Assembly: GCA_964596195.1 (NCBI GenBank)
Contig: CAZQTN010000002.1
Span: 2,468-46,882 of the forward strand
Origin: an uncultured Ruminococcus sp.
GTDB taxonomy: Bacteria > Bacillota > Clostridia > Oscillospirales > CAG-272
DNA length: 44,415 nucleotides
Reading direction: 5' to 3'
The notes beneath the pieces are model-generated. The model saw nothing but the letters and a program-made list of their open reading frames with translations. It was not told where the DNA came from and ran no database searches. The position numbers and the translations under genes were made by a program. Position 1 is the stretch's first letter, and each line of letters begins with the position of its first letter. Shown here piece after piece: positions 16,741 to 26,211 of the stretch.

Positions 16741-19700
16741 ATGCTTTTACAGGGTGCACGGGAATACGAGTTTTACAATTCCAATGCAGGCGATCGGTTT
16801 GCCGAGCTCTCGCGCTCGGGTATGAAGGCCGTTTTCATCTACTCGCCTAACGTCTATACTAACGGCCGGGCAGTCAGATACGATCCCAACGACCGAAACG
16901 TGCGTACTATCGCTATCTCGGGCGAGGTTTTTGCGCCCGTATCCCTCTTCACCGATCATCTTGGTGCATCGGTTGAGATCGTGGGCGACAACGCAACGCT
17001 CTCGCTGGGCGGCGCTTCGGCGGACTTCCGGATCTGTCAGAGCAAGGGTGTCGCGTGCCTGCCCGTTATCCGCTGTGCCCAGGCTCTCGGCCTCTCGGCT
17101 AAGGGATATTACGAGGGCAGACTCGTCGTTATCGGCACGCCTGCCGACATTTCGGCTATGGATGACGATGCCGATATGCAGACTGCGGGCGCGTATATGA
17201 TTTTTGGCAAGTACGATCCTTATTCCTTCACCTCGGACGACTATAAAGCCGCGAGAGAAAAATGGAAGATCAAGCTCGTCGGCTCGCCCGAGCTTAACGA
17301 TATGAGTAACGATCTGGTAAGAGAAAAGATAGAGGCGCTTGACAGGGCCGCCGAGGAAAAGTGGGCCACGATGCACAAGGAGCCCGACAGGTTCATTCTG
17401 TGGGGCGATGCACCGCCCGTCGAGTCGTTCGAGCTTGGCCGTCAGTACGGCGGACTTCGCGTTCTGGCGCGTGCGTGGGCGACCTACGGCTGTAAGATGT
17501 ATCAGAACGAAGAGATAAGGCTTGCAGTCATGGACGGCGTCGAGTGGATGTACGAGCATATGTACGGCGTTGCTGAAATGGAGGAGCGCGGCTGGCGCTC
17601 GGCACACGCGTTCAATTGGTACGAATGGTTCGTTTCGGCACCCGACTACCTTTGTGATATATTCTACTGCTTTGAGGACTGCTACACGGTCGAGGACAGG
17701 CGCAAATATCTTGAGTGCTTTGAGTGGTGCTCCACCTTTATGCGCCATTGGTTCAAGCGTGACGCCGCCCTTTCGAGAATATGGACGGGTACGAAGGTGG
17801 GCATCGCTTGCGAGGATCCCGATTGGCTGTACGGTGAATACGTTGATTTTGATATGCTTCTCGGCCTTGGCGAGACCGAGGAGGGGCCGCGCGTCGACTA
17901 CGTTCAATGGACTCACGGAATGCCGTATAACAATCATTACGGCGTTCTCAATCTTGATCGCGTGCTCTACGTTGCATCAACTCTTGCAGGCACGCCTGTG
18001 GAGTTTTTGAACCCCAAGCAGTACAACCAGTTTATGCTGATAAAATATATGTACGAGGCCGCCATGCATAAGGGTCAGGCGTTCGTAATGTTCTGCGGCA
18101 GATATACGGACATACTCGAGAGCCACGAGGGTGGCGCTATCGTCGGTCACGCAATGCAGATGTATGGTATGTTCGGAGAGGACGAGGATACGTACCTTGC
18201 GAAATTCCTTAAGCGCAGCACGGACGGCAACCCCATCTCGGTAAGCACGATAAAGAACATCGTCAGCATCGAGACCTCGCGCATCGTTGACTCCATACTT
18301 AAGGACGATAATCTACAGGTTGACGATTACGAATACGCTCACGCGTGGTTCACGGGTGACAGAGCCGCACAGCACAGAAATAATTACGCTATCGGTATTG
18401 CTATGTCCTCAAAGCGCGAGCCTGCATGGGAGTGCATCAACAGCGCGAACAAGACCGGCTGGTACACCGGCGACGGCGCGACATATCTGTATACCGATTA
18501 CGATCGCAATCAGTTTGACGGAGCGAATTTCCTTACCAAAAATATAGAGGTTGCATATCGCATTCCCGGCACAACCGAGGACTCGCGCGAGAGGGTTGCG
18601 CGCTCGATCAAGTCGAACCTGCGGGGCACAAAGAGCTATGCCGGCAGTATGCAGATAGAGGATAAATATATCCTCGCGGCTATGGATTTCGAGAGCTATA
18701 ATTACGAGGGACCGGACGAGAATCCCGATGACTCCGACTACGGCGGAAGCCCGCCTCCGCACAAGAACGACCTTCGCGCAAAGAAGGCGTGGTTCTGCTT
18801 TGACGATGAGATCGTCTGCCTCGGTGCGGGTATAAACTCGACTATGGATTCCCCGGTACATACGACCGTTGAGCACAAGAGGATAGTTACCGACGAGCTC
18901 GGTATTTTCCTTGACGGAGAGGGAAGAATGCCTGCCGAATCCTTCGAAAAACTTGACACGGGTGCTAAGTGGGTGCTTATGGACGGTCACTCGGGCTACG
19001 CGTTCCCTTGGGGCGGCGAGGTCTATGCGCGCAGATACACCTGCGAGGCAGCAAACGGGCAGGATTTCTTCGAGCTCGGCCTTGAGCACGGTAAAAATCC
19101 CACCGATGCGACCTATGCATACGCAATTATGCCGTACGCAAGTCTTGAAAAGCTCGATACGTATGTGAAAAATCCCGACGTTGAGATACTTGCCAACACC
19201 TCAAGGGTTCAGGCGGTTGTCGAGAAGACACTTGATATTAGGTGCTACGCCTTCCACGAGGCGGCCGATCTTGCGGGAGTTATGGTTGATGCGCCCTGCC
19301 TTGTCACAATGACGCACAACACCCTCTCTGTGAGCGACCCGACGCGCGAGCTTGAGAAGCTCACCGTTACCGTGTGGTCATCGCTTGAGATAACCGAAAA
19401 GGCGCCGAATATGCAGGTGCTTCACCGCGGCGGCAAAACTATAATTACCCTTGATCTTACGGGTGCGAACGGCAGACGCTTTGATCTTAAGTTTATCCCC
19501 TTTGCAAAGGATATGAAATACAAGGTCAGATACGACCAAAATGACGAGGCCAAGTTTCTTGAGCTCTCGCACACGGGCGCCGTTGCGGCGTTTGCATACT
19601 GCAACAGGGTTATGAAGGACGGCGTATCTCAGCCTATGGGCGAAGGGGAACGCGCGGTATTCAAAAATGATGTTCTGTGCCTACCCGTGTCGTTTTTTGA

Positions 19701-22209
19701 GAGGTTTTTGGGTACTCACGTTGCTTCGGGCGAGGCGTACGTGCCTGCGGTAAGCACCGCGCACGAGTGCGGCTTTGCCGCCGAGACCTTCTATGAGGGC
19801 AGACTCGTCGTGATAGGCACGCCCGAACACATAGAGGCAATTAAGAAAAATCCCTTGCTTGAGGAAGCTGGCGCGTACGCCGTGTTCGGCAAGTACGATG
19901 CATCGGTTTTCACGAGTGAGGATTATGAAAAGGCGAGATACGAGTGGAAGCTGCGATTGGTCGGCTCGCCCGAGATCAACGATCTTGCCGACAAAACCAT
20001 TCTCGGCAAGATAGGCTTCATTGATAATAATTGTCGCGCGGCGATGGCCGAGATGAACAGAGGTGACGACCGCGTGATCCTCTGGGGTGACAAAGCACCC
20101 GTTGAAACTGATGATCTTGGCCGTCAGTATTACAAGCTTGAGCATATGGCGCGCGCCTGGGGCACTTACGGATCGGAGTTCTATCAGAGTGACGAGGTGC
20201 TTGCACTCATACTTGAGGCTATGGAGTGGCTGTATGAGAATATGTACGGCGAGGCTGAGATCGCCGGCACGGGCTGGCGTGACGTACGCCTGTTCAACTG
20301 GTGGTATTGGTTCGTCGGTGCGCCCGACTCCCTCACCAACGTGATGCTCATTCTCGGGGATATACTCACCCTCGAGCAAAAACAAAAGTACCTCAAGTGC
20401 TACAAGTGGGTAAGGACGATAATGTACCCTGATCCCAAGGGCCCCGGTGCCGCGTCGAGAATACTCGTCGGCACGAAGGCCGCGATACTGCTTGAGGACG
20501 TGGGACTGCTTGAGCAGGCACAGCTCGACTGCGATATCACGATGCGCTTCGACGAGTACGGTGCGGTGCACCGCGCGGATTACCTCGACTGGACACACTC
20601 CCTGCCGCATAACATCTCCTACGGTGCGATCCATCTTCAGCGCTCGATGTTCGTGGCGGCAACGCTTGCGTCGACCCCCCTTGCCTTTGACGGACCGCAG
20701 AGATACAATCAGTTCAATCTTATCAGATACACCTTCGATCCCTCCATCTACCGCGCGCAGGGCTTCGTGATGTTCTCCGGCAGAAGCACGTTCGCTCGCG
20801 AGCTAAATCAGGGCGCCGCGATACTTGCCGCCGCACTTCCTATGATCGGCGTTTACGGCGAGGATGAGGATATGTACGTCAAGCGCTTCATAAAACGCAA
20901 CGCCTGCACCCCCGAGATCGTGGATATGATAAAGGCTCACGCCTCGATCTATGAGTGCGCAAAGCTCAAGGCGATACTCGATGATCCCGCGGTCGACGGC
21001 GGCAACGACGGCTACGAGTGCGCACACGCCTGGTTTACGGGCGACAGAGCCGCACAGCACAGAAACAATTACGCCATCGGTCTTGCTCTCTCGTCCGAGC
21101 GTGAGCATATGTACGAGTGCATCAACAGTGCCAACAAGACAGGCTGGTATACGGGCGACGGCGCGACCTATCTTTACACCACCTACGACGGTCATCAGTT
21201 CGACGGCGATAACTTTATCACCAAGAATATAAACGTCGCCTACCGCTTCCCCGGCACGACCGAGGACTCGCGTGAGAGGGTGGCGCGCTCCATTTCCTCA
21301 CAGTACGGTTGGTATCCTGAAAACTCCTTCTCGGGCAGTATGAAGATCGAGGATAAATATATCGTTGCGGCTATGGATTTTGTTTCGCTCAATTACGAGG
21401 GGCCCGATATCAAGCCCGACGATTACGGCTACGGCGGCAGCCAGCCGATCCACAAAAACGACCTTCGCGCCAAGAAGGCGTGGTTCTGCTTCGACGGCGA
21501 GATCGTTTGTCTCGGTGCGGGTATAACCTCGACGATGGACTCCCCCGTGCACACGACGGTCGAGCACAAGAGGATCGTTACCGACGAGCTTGGAATTTAT
21601 CTTGACGGAGAGGGAAGATTGCCCGCCGAAAGCTTTGAAAAGCTTGACACGGGTGCGACCTTCGCACTTATGGAAGGGCATTGCGGATACGTATTCCCGA
21701 GCGGAAAAGGCGTTTATGTGCGCAGATACACGTGCGAGAGCGCAAATAATCAGGATTTCATCGAGATCGGAATAGACCACGGCAAGAATCCTGCCGATGC
21801 TACCTACGAATACGTGCTTATTCCCTATGCTGGCACGAAAAAGCTTGATACGTATGCAAAAAATCCCGACGTTGCCGTGCTTTCAAACACTAAAAAGGTG
21901 CAGGCTGTCAGAGAAAACGGGCTCGGCATTACCGCTTACGTATTCCACGAGGCGGGCGAGTGCGAGGGTATATCCGTTGATGCGCCCTGCATAGTTGCAC
22001 TTTCTAAGTGCTGCGGCGAGTGCACGCTTGCAATCACCGACCCGACTCACAAATGCGACAAGATCACGGTTACCCTTGGCGGCGGCATCAAGGTGATCGG
22101 GGCGAGTGATAAAATAACCGTCGGCGAAAATTGTGGCAATACGGTCGTTGCCGTTAATACCTTTATGGCTCACGGCAGAAAATTTGAAATGAAATACGAG
22201 GAAAGATAA
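16741..22209 (+). CDS. Tandem-duplicated polysaccharide lyase family 8-like protein (two complete modules, aa 1-924 and 925-1822)
   Basis: 1822-aa ORF with RBS AAGGAGGA. Both halves carry NW(Y/W).WF, WTH..P(Y/H)N..YG, AHAWFTGDRAAQHRNNYAIG..(S)S.RE..(Y/W)ECINSANKTGWYTGDGATYLYT, YR(I/F)PGTTEDSRE, AAMDF and AKKAWFCFD.EIVCLGAGI. These match my recollection of Lyase_8 (hyaluronate / chondroitin AC / xanthan lyase) signatures. Confidence 0.7.
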   Translation: MLLQGAREYEFYNSNAGDRFAELSRSGMKAVFIYSPNVYTNGRAVRYDPNDRNVRTIAISGEVFAPVSLFTDHLGASVEIVGDNATLSLGGASADFRICQSKGVACLPVIRCAQALGLSAKGYYEGRLVVIGTPADISAMDDDADMQTAGAYMIFGKYDPYSFTSDDYKAAREKWKIKLVGSPELNDMSNDLVREKIEALDRAAEEKWATMHKEPDRFILWGDAPPVESFELGRQYGGLRVLARAWATYGCKMYQNEEIRLAVMDGVEWMYEHMYGVAEMEERGWRSAHAFNWYEWFVSAPDYLCDIFYCFEDCYTVEDRRKYLECFEWCSTFMRHWFKRDAALSRIWTGTKVGIACEDPDWLYGEYVDFDMLLGLGETEEGPRVDYVQWTHGMPYNNHYGVLNLDRVLYVASTLAGTPVEFLNPKQYNQFMLIKYMYEAAMHKGQAFVMFCGRYTDILESHEGGAIVGHAMQMYGMFGEDEDTYLAKFLKRSTDGNPISVSTIKNIVSIETSRIVDSILKDDNLQVDDYEYAHAWFTGDRAAQHRNNYAIGIAMSSKREPAWECINSANKTGWYTGDGATYLYTDYDRNQFDGANFLTKNIEVAYRIPGTTEDSRERVARSIKSNLRGTKSYAGSMQIEDKYILAAMDFESYNYEGPDENPDDSDYGGSPPPHKNDLRAKKAWFCFDDEIVCLGAGINSTMDSPVHTTVEHKRIVTDELGIFLDGEGRMPAESFEKLDTGAKWVLMDGHSGYAFPWGGEVYARRYTCEAANGQDFFELGLEHGKNPTDATYAYAIMPYASLEKLDTYVKNPDVEILANTSRVQAVVEKTLDIRCYAFHEAADLAGVMVDAPCLVTMTHNTLSVSDPTRELEKLTVTVWSSLEITEKAPNMQVLHRGGKTIITLDLTGANGRRFDLKFIPFAKDMKYKVRYDQNDEAKFLELSHTGAVAAFAYCNRVMKDGVSQPMGEGERAVFKNDVLCLPVSFFERFLGTHVASGEAYVPAVSTAHECGFAAETFYEGRLVVIGTPEHIEAIKKNPLLEEAGAYAVFGKYDASVFTSEDYEKARYEWKLRLVGSPEINDLADKTILGKIGFIDNNCRAAMAEMNRGDDRVILWGDKAPVETDDLGRQYYKLEHMARAWGTYGSEFYQSDEVLALILEAMEWLYENMYGEAEIAGTGWRDVRLFNWWYWFVGAPDSLTNVMLILGDILTLEQKQKYLKCYKWVRTIMYPDPKGPGAASRILVGTKAAILLEDVGLLEQAQLDCDITMRFDEYGAVHRADYLDWTHSLPHNISYGAIHLQRSMFVAATLASTPLAFDGPQRYNQFNLIRYTFDPSIYRAQGFVMFSGRSTFARELNQGAAILAAALPMIGVYGEDEDMYVKRFIKRNACTPEIVDMIKAHASIYECAKLKAILDDPAVDGGNDGYECAHAWFTGDRAAQHRNNYAIGLALSSEREHMYECINSANKTGWYTGDGATYLYTTYDGHQFDGDNFITKNINVAYRFPGTTEDSRERVARSISSQYGWYPENSFSGSMKIEDKYIVAAMDFVSLNYEGPDIKPDDYGYGGSQPIHKNDLRAKKAWFCFDGEIVCLGAGITSTMDSPVHTTVEHKRIVTDELGIYLDGEGRLPAESFEKLDTGATFALMEGHCGYVFPSGKGVYVRRYTCESANNQDFIEIGIDHGKNPADATYEYVLIPYAGTKKLDTYAKNPDVAVLSNTKKVQAVRENGLGITAYVFHEAGECEGISVDAPCIVALSKCCGECTLAITDPTHKCDKITVTLGGGIKVIGASDKITVGENCGNTVVAVNTFMAHGRKFEMKYEER

Positions 22210-24830
22210 TGTATAAGATCAACTATACCGAGGTTGAATATAACAGATTTCTTGAGCTCTCAAGTGAGGGGGCGATCGCAACCTTTATCTACTCCGCAAA
22301 CGTAATGAAGGACGGCCGTATCTGCCGATACGATGATGCCGATAGGAACGTGCGCGCCGTTGCCAAAGATGGTGTTACGATGGTACCCGTGTCGTTTTTT
22401 GAGAAGTTTTTGGGCGTAAAGGCGCCCGAAACCGATGAAAAATATCTCCCCCTTATCAAGACTGCAAGTGAGCTTGGCTTCTCGGCGCGGTCGTGCTACT
22501 TTGACCGCCTGACCGTTATAGGCACAAAGGAGCAGCTCGCCGAGATCGAGGCAAGCGAGAATCTTCAGGAGGCGGGCGCGTATGCCGTTTTCGGAAAGTA
22601 CGATGCAGCGTCCTTCACGCACGAGGATTATGAGTATACCAAGGATCAGTGGAGATTGCGCCTCGTTGGCTCTCCCAAGATGAACGACATATCTGACCCC
22701 GTCGTTGCCGAGAAGCTCGCGCTTGTAGATTCAGAGTGTGAGAAGTGGCTTGCACAGATGAATCGCGAGGACGACAGAGTTATAATTTGGGGCAACGAGC
22801 CTCCCGTCGAGTCGGCTGCCCTTACTGCGCAGTATAACAGGCTTTGGGCTTTGACTCGCGCATACGGAACGTATGGAAGTGTTTATTACAAAAATGAAGA
22901 GCTTTACCAAACGATTCGCGAAACACTCGATTGGCTGCGCGACAATATGTACGGCAAGGCGGCGATCGAGGGGCGCGGCTGGCGCGATATGCGCACATTT
23001 AATTGGTGGGATTGGCACGTCGGTGCGTCTTACCCCCTGACAGATATTTTACTCGTTATCGAGGACAGACTTACAATGCAGGAAAAGGCCGATTACCTTG
23101 AGTGCTACAAGTACGCAACTACGATAATGCGCCTTGGCGACGGACGTGCACAGGCTTCCAGCCGACTTAAGGGATGCACCAAGACGGCGCTCTTGCTTGA
23201 GGATGCTGAGTGGCTAGAGCGCTCGCACGAGGACTGTGATACGTTGATGGGTCTTGTCAAGGAGGGTGAGGGCATTCACGAGGGTGACTACGTTAACTGG
23301 ACTCACCTTATGCCACACAACATCTCCTACGGCAAGGGCAACCTTGAGCGCACGCTCTTCGTTTCCTCGGTGCTCGCATCGACTCCTATGGATTTTTCCG
23401 GCCCTAAGAAATACAACCAATTTATGCTTGCGAAGTACTGCTTCGACCCCGCCCTTTACAAGGGCCAGGGCTTTATGATGTTCGCAGGACGCTCTACCGC
23501 GGGCAGCGAGATGGGAATGGGCTGTAGCCTTATTTCCTGGATGCTGCCGATGATCGGTGTTTACGGCGAGGACGAGGACAACTACCTCAAAAGGATGATA
23601 AAGCGCAATCTTGCAACTCCCGATGCCATTAACAGGGTGAAGCGCGAATGCTCCATCTACGAGCTTAAGAAGCTTGACGAAATTCTGAAGGACGAGTCAA
23701 TACCGTGCGATAACGATTATGAGTACGCGCACGCTTGGTACACAGGTGACAGGGCGGCTCAACAGAGAAACAATTACGCCGTCGGTATAGCCCTTTCCTC
23801 AAAGCGCGAGATCTCTTACGAGTCGATAAACGGCTGCAACAAAACAGGTTGGCACATCGGCGACGGTGCGGTTTACGTTTATACCGATTATGACAGATAT
23901 CAGTATGACGGTCCTAACTTTACAGCAAAAAATATCGACGTTGCCTACAAGTTTCCCGGCACTACTGAGGACTCACGCGAGAGGGTCGTCCGCTCTATAG
24001 CGCGCGGATGGAAGTCGCCAAGGAGTTTCGTTGGCAGTATGCAGATAGAGGATAAGTACATTGCCGCGACGATGGACTTTGAGGCTTATCATTTCGAGGG
24101 CGAGGACACGAATCCCGATGACTACGGTCACGGCGGCAGCCTTCCTCCGCACGAGAATGACCTTGTGGCTAAGAAGTCGTGGTTCTGCTTTGACGATGAG
24201 ATATTCTGCCTTGGCGCAGGTATCACCTCTACTATGTCGTCGCCCGTGCGCACCACGGTCGAGCACCGCAGGATAGTGACCGACGAGCTTGGAATTTACA
24301 TCGACGGAGAGGGAAGAATGCCCGCATCCGACTTTGAAAAACACGACACGGGTGCCGCTTGGGTGCTTATGGACGGCCATTGTGGCTACGTTTTCCCGCA
24401 GGGCGCGAATATAAGCGCGCGCAGATACGTATGCGAGAGCGCAAAGGGGCAGAGCTTCTTTGAATTGCTTATCGAGCACGGTGAGAATCCGAGCGGTGCA
24501 AGCTACTGCTACGCTATGCTCCCCTACGCCGATGAAAACAGGGCACGCAAGTACGCGTCCGACCCCGACGTTACCGTAATATCCAATACCGCAGCACTTC
24601 AGGCGGTACGCGAGAGAGGACTCGGCATCAGCTGCTACGTATTCCACGAGACGGGCGAGTGCGAGGGACTTACGGTCGATAAGCCTTGTATCGTTACCGT
24701 AACTGCAAATAAGCTTATAGTGTGTGACCCGACGCACGAGCTTGAGTGCATCAATATTACGCTTGGCGAGCGCACCTTTACCGCAAACGTTGCCGGTAAG
24801 CGCGGAGCAAGGATAGATTTCGATATTTAA
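22209..24830 (+). CDS. Polysaccharide lyase family 8-like protein (third paralogous module)
   Basis: 873 aa. The ATG shares one base with the upstream TAA (TAATG). It has the same motif set (NWWDWHVGA, NWTHLMPHNISYG, AHAWYTGDRAAQQRNNYAVG, NKTGWHIGDGAVYVYT, FPGTTEDSRE, AKKSWFCFDDEIFCLGAGI). Confidence 0.7.
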   Translation: MYKINYTEVEYNRFLELSSEGAIATFIYSANVMKDGRICRYDDADRNVRAVAKDGVTMVPVSFFEKFLGVKAPETDEKYLPLIKTASELGFSARSCYFDRLTVIGTKEQLAEIEASENLQEAGAYAVFGKYDAASFTHEDYEYTKDQWRLRLVGSPKMNDISDPVVAEKLALVDSECEKWLAQMNREDDRVIIWGNEPPVESAALTAQYNRLWALTRAYGTYGSVYYKNEELYQTIRETLDWLRDNMYGKAAIEGRGWRDMRTFNWWDWHVGASYPLTDILLVIEDRLTMQEKADYLECYKYATTIMRLGDGRAQASSRLKGCTKTALLLEDAEWLERSHEDCDTLMGLVKEGEGIHEGDYVNWTHLMPHNISYGKGNLERTLFVSSVLASTPMDFSGPKKYNQFMLAKYCFDPALYKGQGFMMFAGRSTAGSEMGMGCSLISWMLPMIGVYGEDEDNYLKRMIKRNLATPDAINRVKRECSIYELKKLDEILKDESIPCDNDYEYAHAWYTGDRAAQQRNNYAVGIALSSKREISYESINGCNKTGWHIGDGAVYVYTDYDRYQYDGPNFTAKNIDVAYKFPGTTEDSRERVVRSIARGWKSPRSFVGSMQIEDKYIAATMDFEAYHFEGEDTNPDDYGHGGSLPPHENDLVAKKSWFCFDDEIFCLGAGITSTMSSPVRTTVEHRRIVTDELGIYIDGEGRMPASDFEKHDTGAAWVLMDGHCGYVFPQGANISARRYVCESAKGQSFFELLIEHGENPSGASYCYAMLPYADENRARKYASDPDVTVISNTAALQAVRERGLGISCYVFHETGECEGLTVDKPCIVTVTANKLIVCDPTHELECINITLGERTFTANVAGKRGARIDFDI

Positions 24831-24837
24831 TATAGTA

Positions 24838-24881
24838 AATGCCGTGCGCCCCGTTGGGATAAGCGCACGGCATTGTTTTTT
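24838..24881. terminator. Bidirectional intrinsic terminator (lyase array / glmM)
   Basis: AATGCCGTGCGC (24838-24849) pairs with GCGCACGGCATT (24863-24874), then TTTTTT. Confidence 0.8.
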
Positions 24882-26211
24882 ATTCAAGTGCTTCGATAGC
24901 CTTGACGATAAGGTAAACTGCACCACGGCAAATACCCTCGTCCGGGTGCTCTACCATCACGCGCACCACGGGCTCGGTTCCACTCTTACGCAAGAGCACA
25001 CGACCGACCCCGTGTAACGTTTTTTGCACCTCTTGATACGCGCTTTGTACTGTCGGATCGGCGATTGCACGCTCCTTATCGCGCACGCGCACGCTCTTTG
25101 TCAGCTGAGGATACATAACGAGTCCCTCCGAAAGTCGGGAGGCAGGTAGCTTTGATTCGATCAGCACCTCCATTATTTTGATCGCGGTGATGAGTCCGTC
25201 GCCCGTCGTTGCGTTGGCGGCAAAAATTATATGCCCCGATTCCTCCCCGCCGAGGGAATAACCGCCCTCGCGCATTGCCTCCCATACGAATCGGTCGCCA
25301 ACGTCGGTGCACAGGCACTTTATCACCTCGCGCTCAAGCGCATCACGAAGTCCGAGATTGGACATTACCGTCGTCACGACGGTGTTGCCCTGTAAAGCTC
25401 CGCGCGAGCGCAGATATTTTGCCGCGAAATAAAGTATCATCTCACCGCTTATTACGTTGCCGCCCTCATCAACCGCAAGGCAACGGTCGGCATCGCCGTC
25501 AAAGGCAAAGCCGATATCCAGCTTCTCTCTCTTAACGAGCTCACATAAGGCCGATATATGAGTTGATCCGCACTCATCGTTGATATTGGTTCCGCACGGC
25601 TCGTTGCCGATAACGTAGGTTTTTGCCCCCAGGGCATCAAAGATGCTTTTTGCCAGCATCCACGCAGAGCCGTTCGCCGCGTCGAGTCCTATGCGCAGAC
25701 CCTTGTAGGAATGCCTGGCAAGCGAGATGATATACCCCGTGTAACGATTTCGCCCCAAAACGTAATCGACAGTCCGTCCGATGCCGCTGCCCGTAGCAAG
25801 CGGAATATCGTCAGGTGAATCAATGTATTTCTCGATCTTGTCGGTGAATTCGTCACTCATTTTCTCGCCGTTATGGTTTATCAGCTTTATGCCGTTGTCT
25901 GTGTATGGGTTGTGGCTTGCGGAGATCATTATTCCGCCGTCAAAGCCCTCGCTCCTGACCACGTATGACAACGAAGGCGTGGTTGTAACGTGTAACAGAT
26001 AGGCATCCGCGCCGACCGAGGTCAGACCCGCTACAAGCGCGTATTCAAACATATAGCTCGACAGTCGAGTATCCTTGCCTATCACTATTCGCGCGCGCCC
26101 TCCGTCACAGGAATGCGCACCCAGATATTTTCCTATTTTAAAGGCGTGCTCAACCGTCAGTATTACGTTCGCCTCTCCGCGAAATCCGTCCGTGCCAAAA
26201 TACTTTCCCAT
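24880..26211 (-). CDS. glmM: Phosphoglucosamine mutase
   Basis: MGKYFGTDGFRGEAN N-terminus, active-site SASHNPYTDNGIK, Mg-binding FDGDADR and GEESGH motifs. 443 aa. Confidence 0.9.
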   Translation of the reverse strand: MGKYFGTDGFRGEANVILTVEHAFKIGKYLGAHSCDGGRARIVIGKDTRLSSYMFEYALVAGLTSVGADAYLLHVTTTPSLSYVVRSEGFDGGIMISASHNPYTDNGIKLINHNGEKMSDEFTDKIEKYIDSPDDIPLATGSGIGRTVDYVLGRNRYTGYIISLARHSYKGLRIGLDAANGSAWMLAKSIFDALGAKTYVIGNEPCGTNINDECGSTHISALCELVKREKLDIGFAFDGDADRCLAVDEGGNVISGEMILYFAAKYLRSRGALQGNTVVTTVMSNLGLRDALEREVIKCLCTDVGDRFVWEAMREGGYSLGGEESGHIIFAANATTGDGLITAIKIMEVLIESKLPASRLSEGLVMYPQLTKSVRVRDKERAIADPTVQSAYQEVQKTLHGVGRVLLRKSGTEPVVRVMVEHPDEGICRGAVYLIVKAIEALE

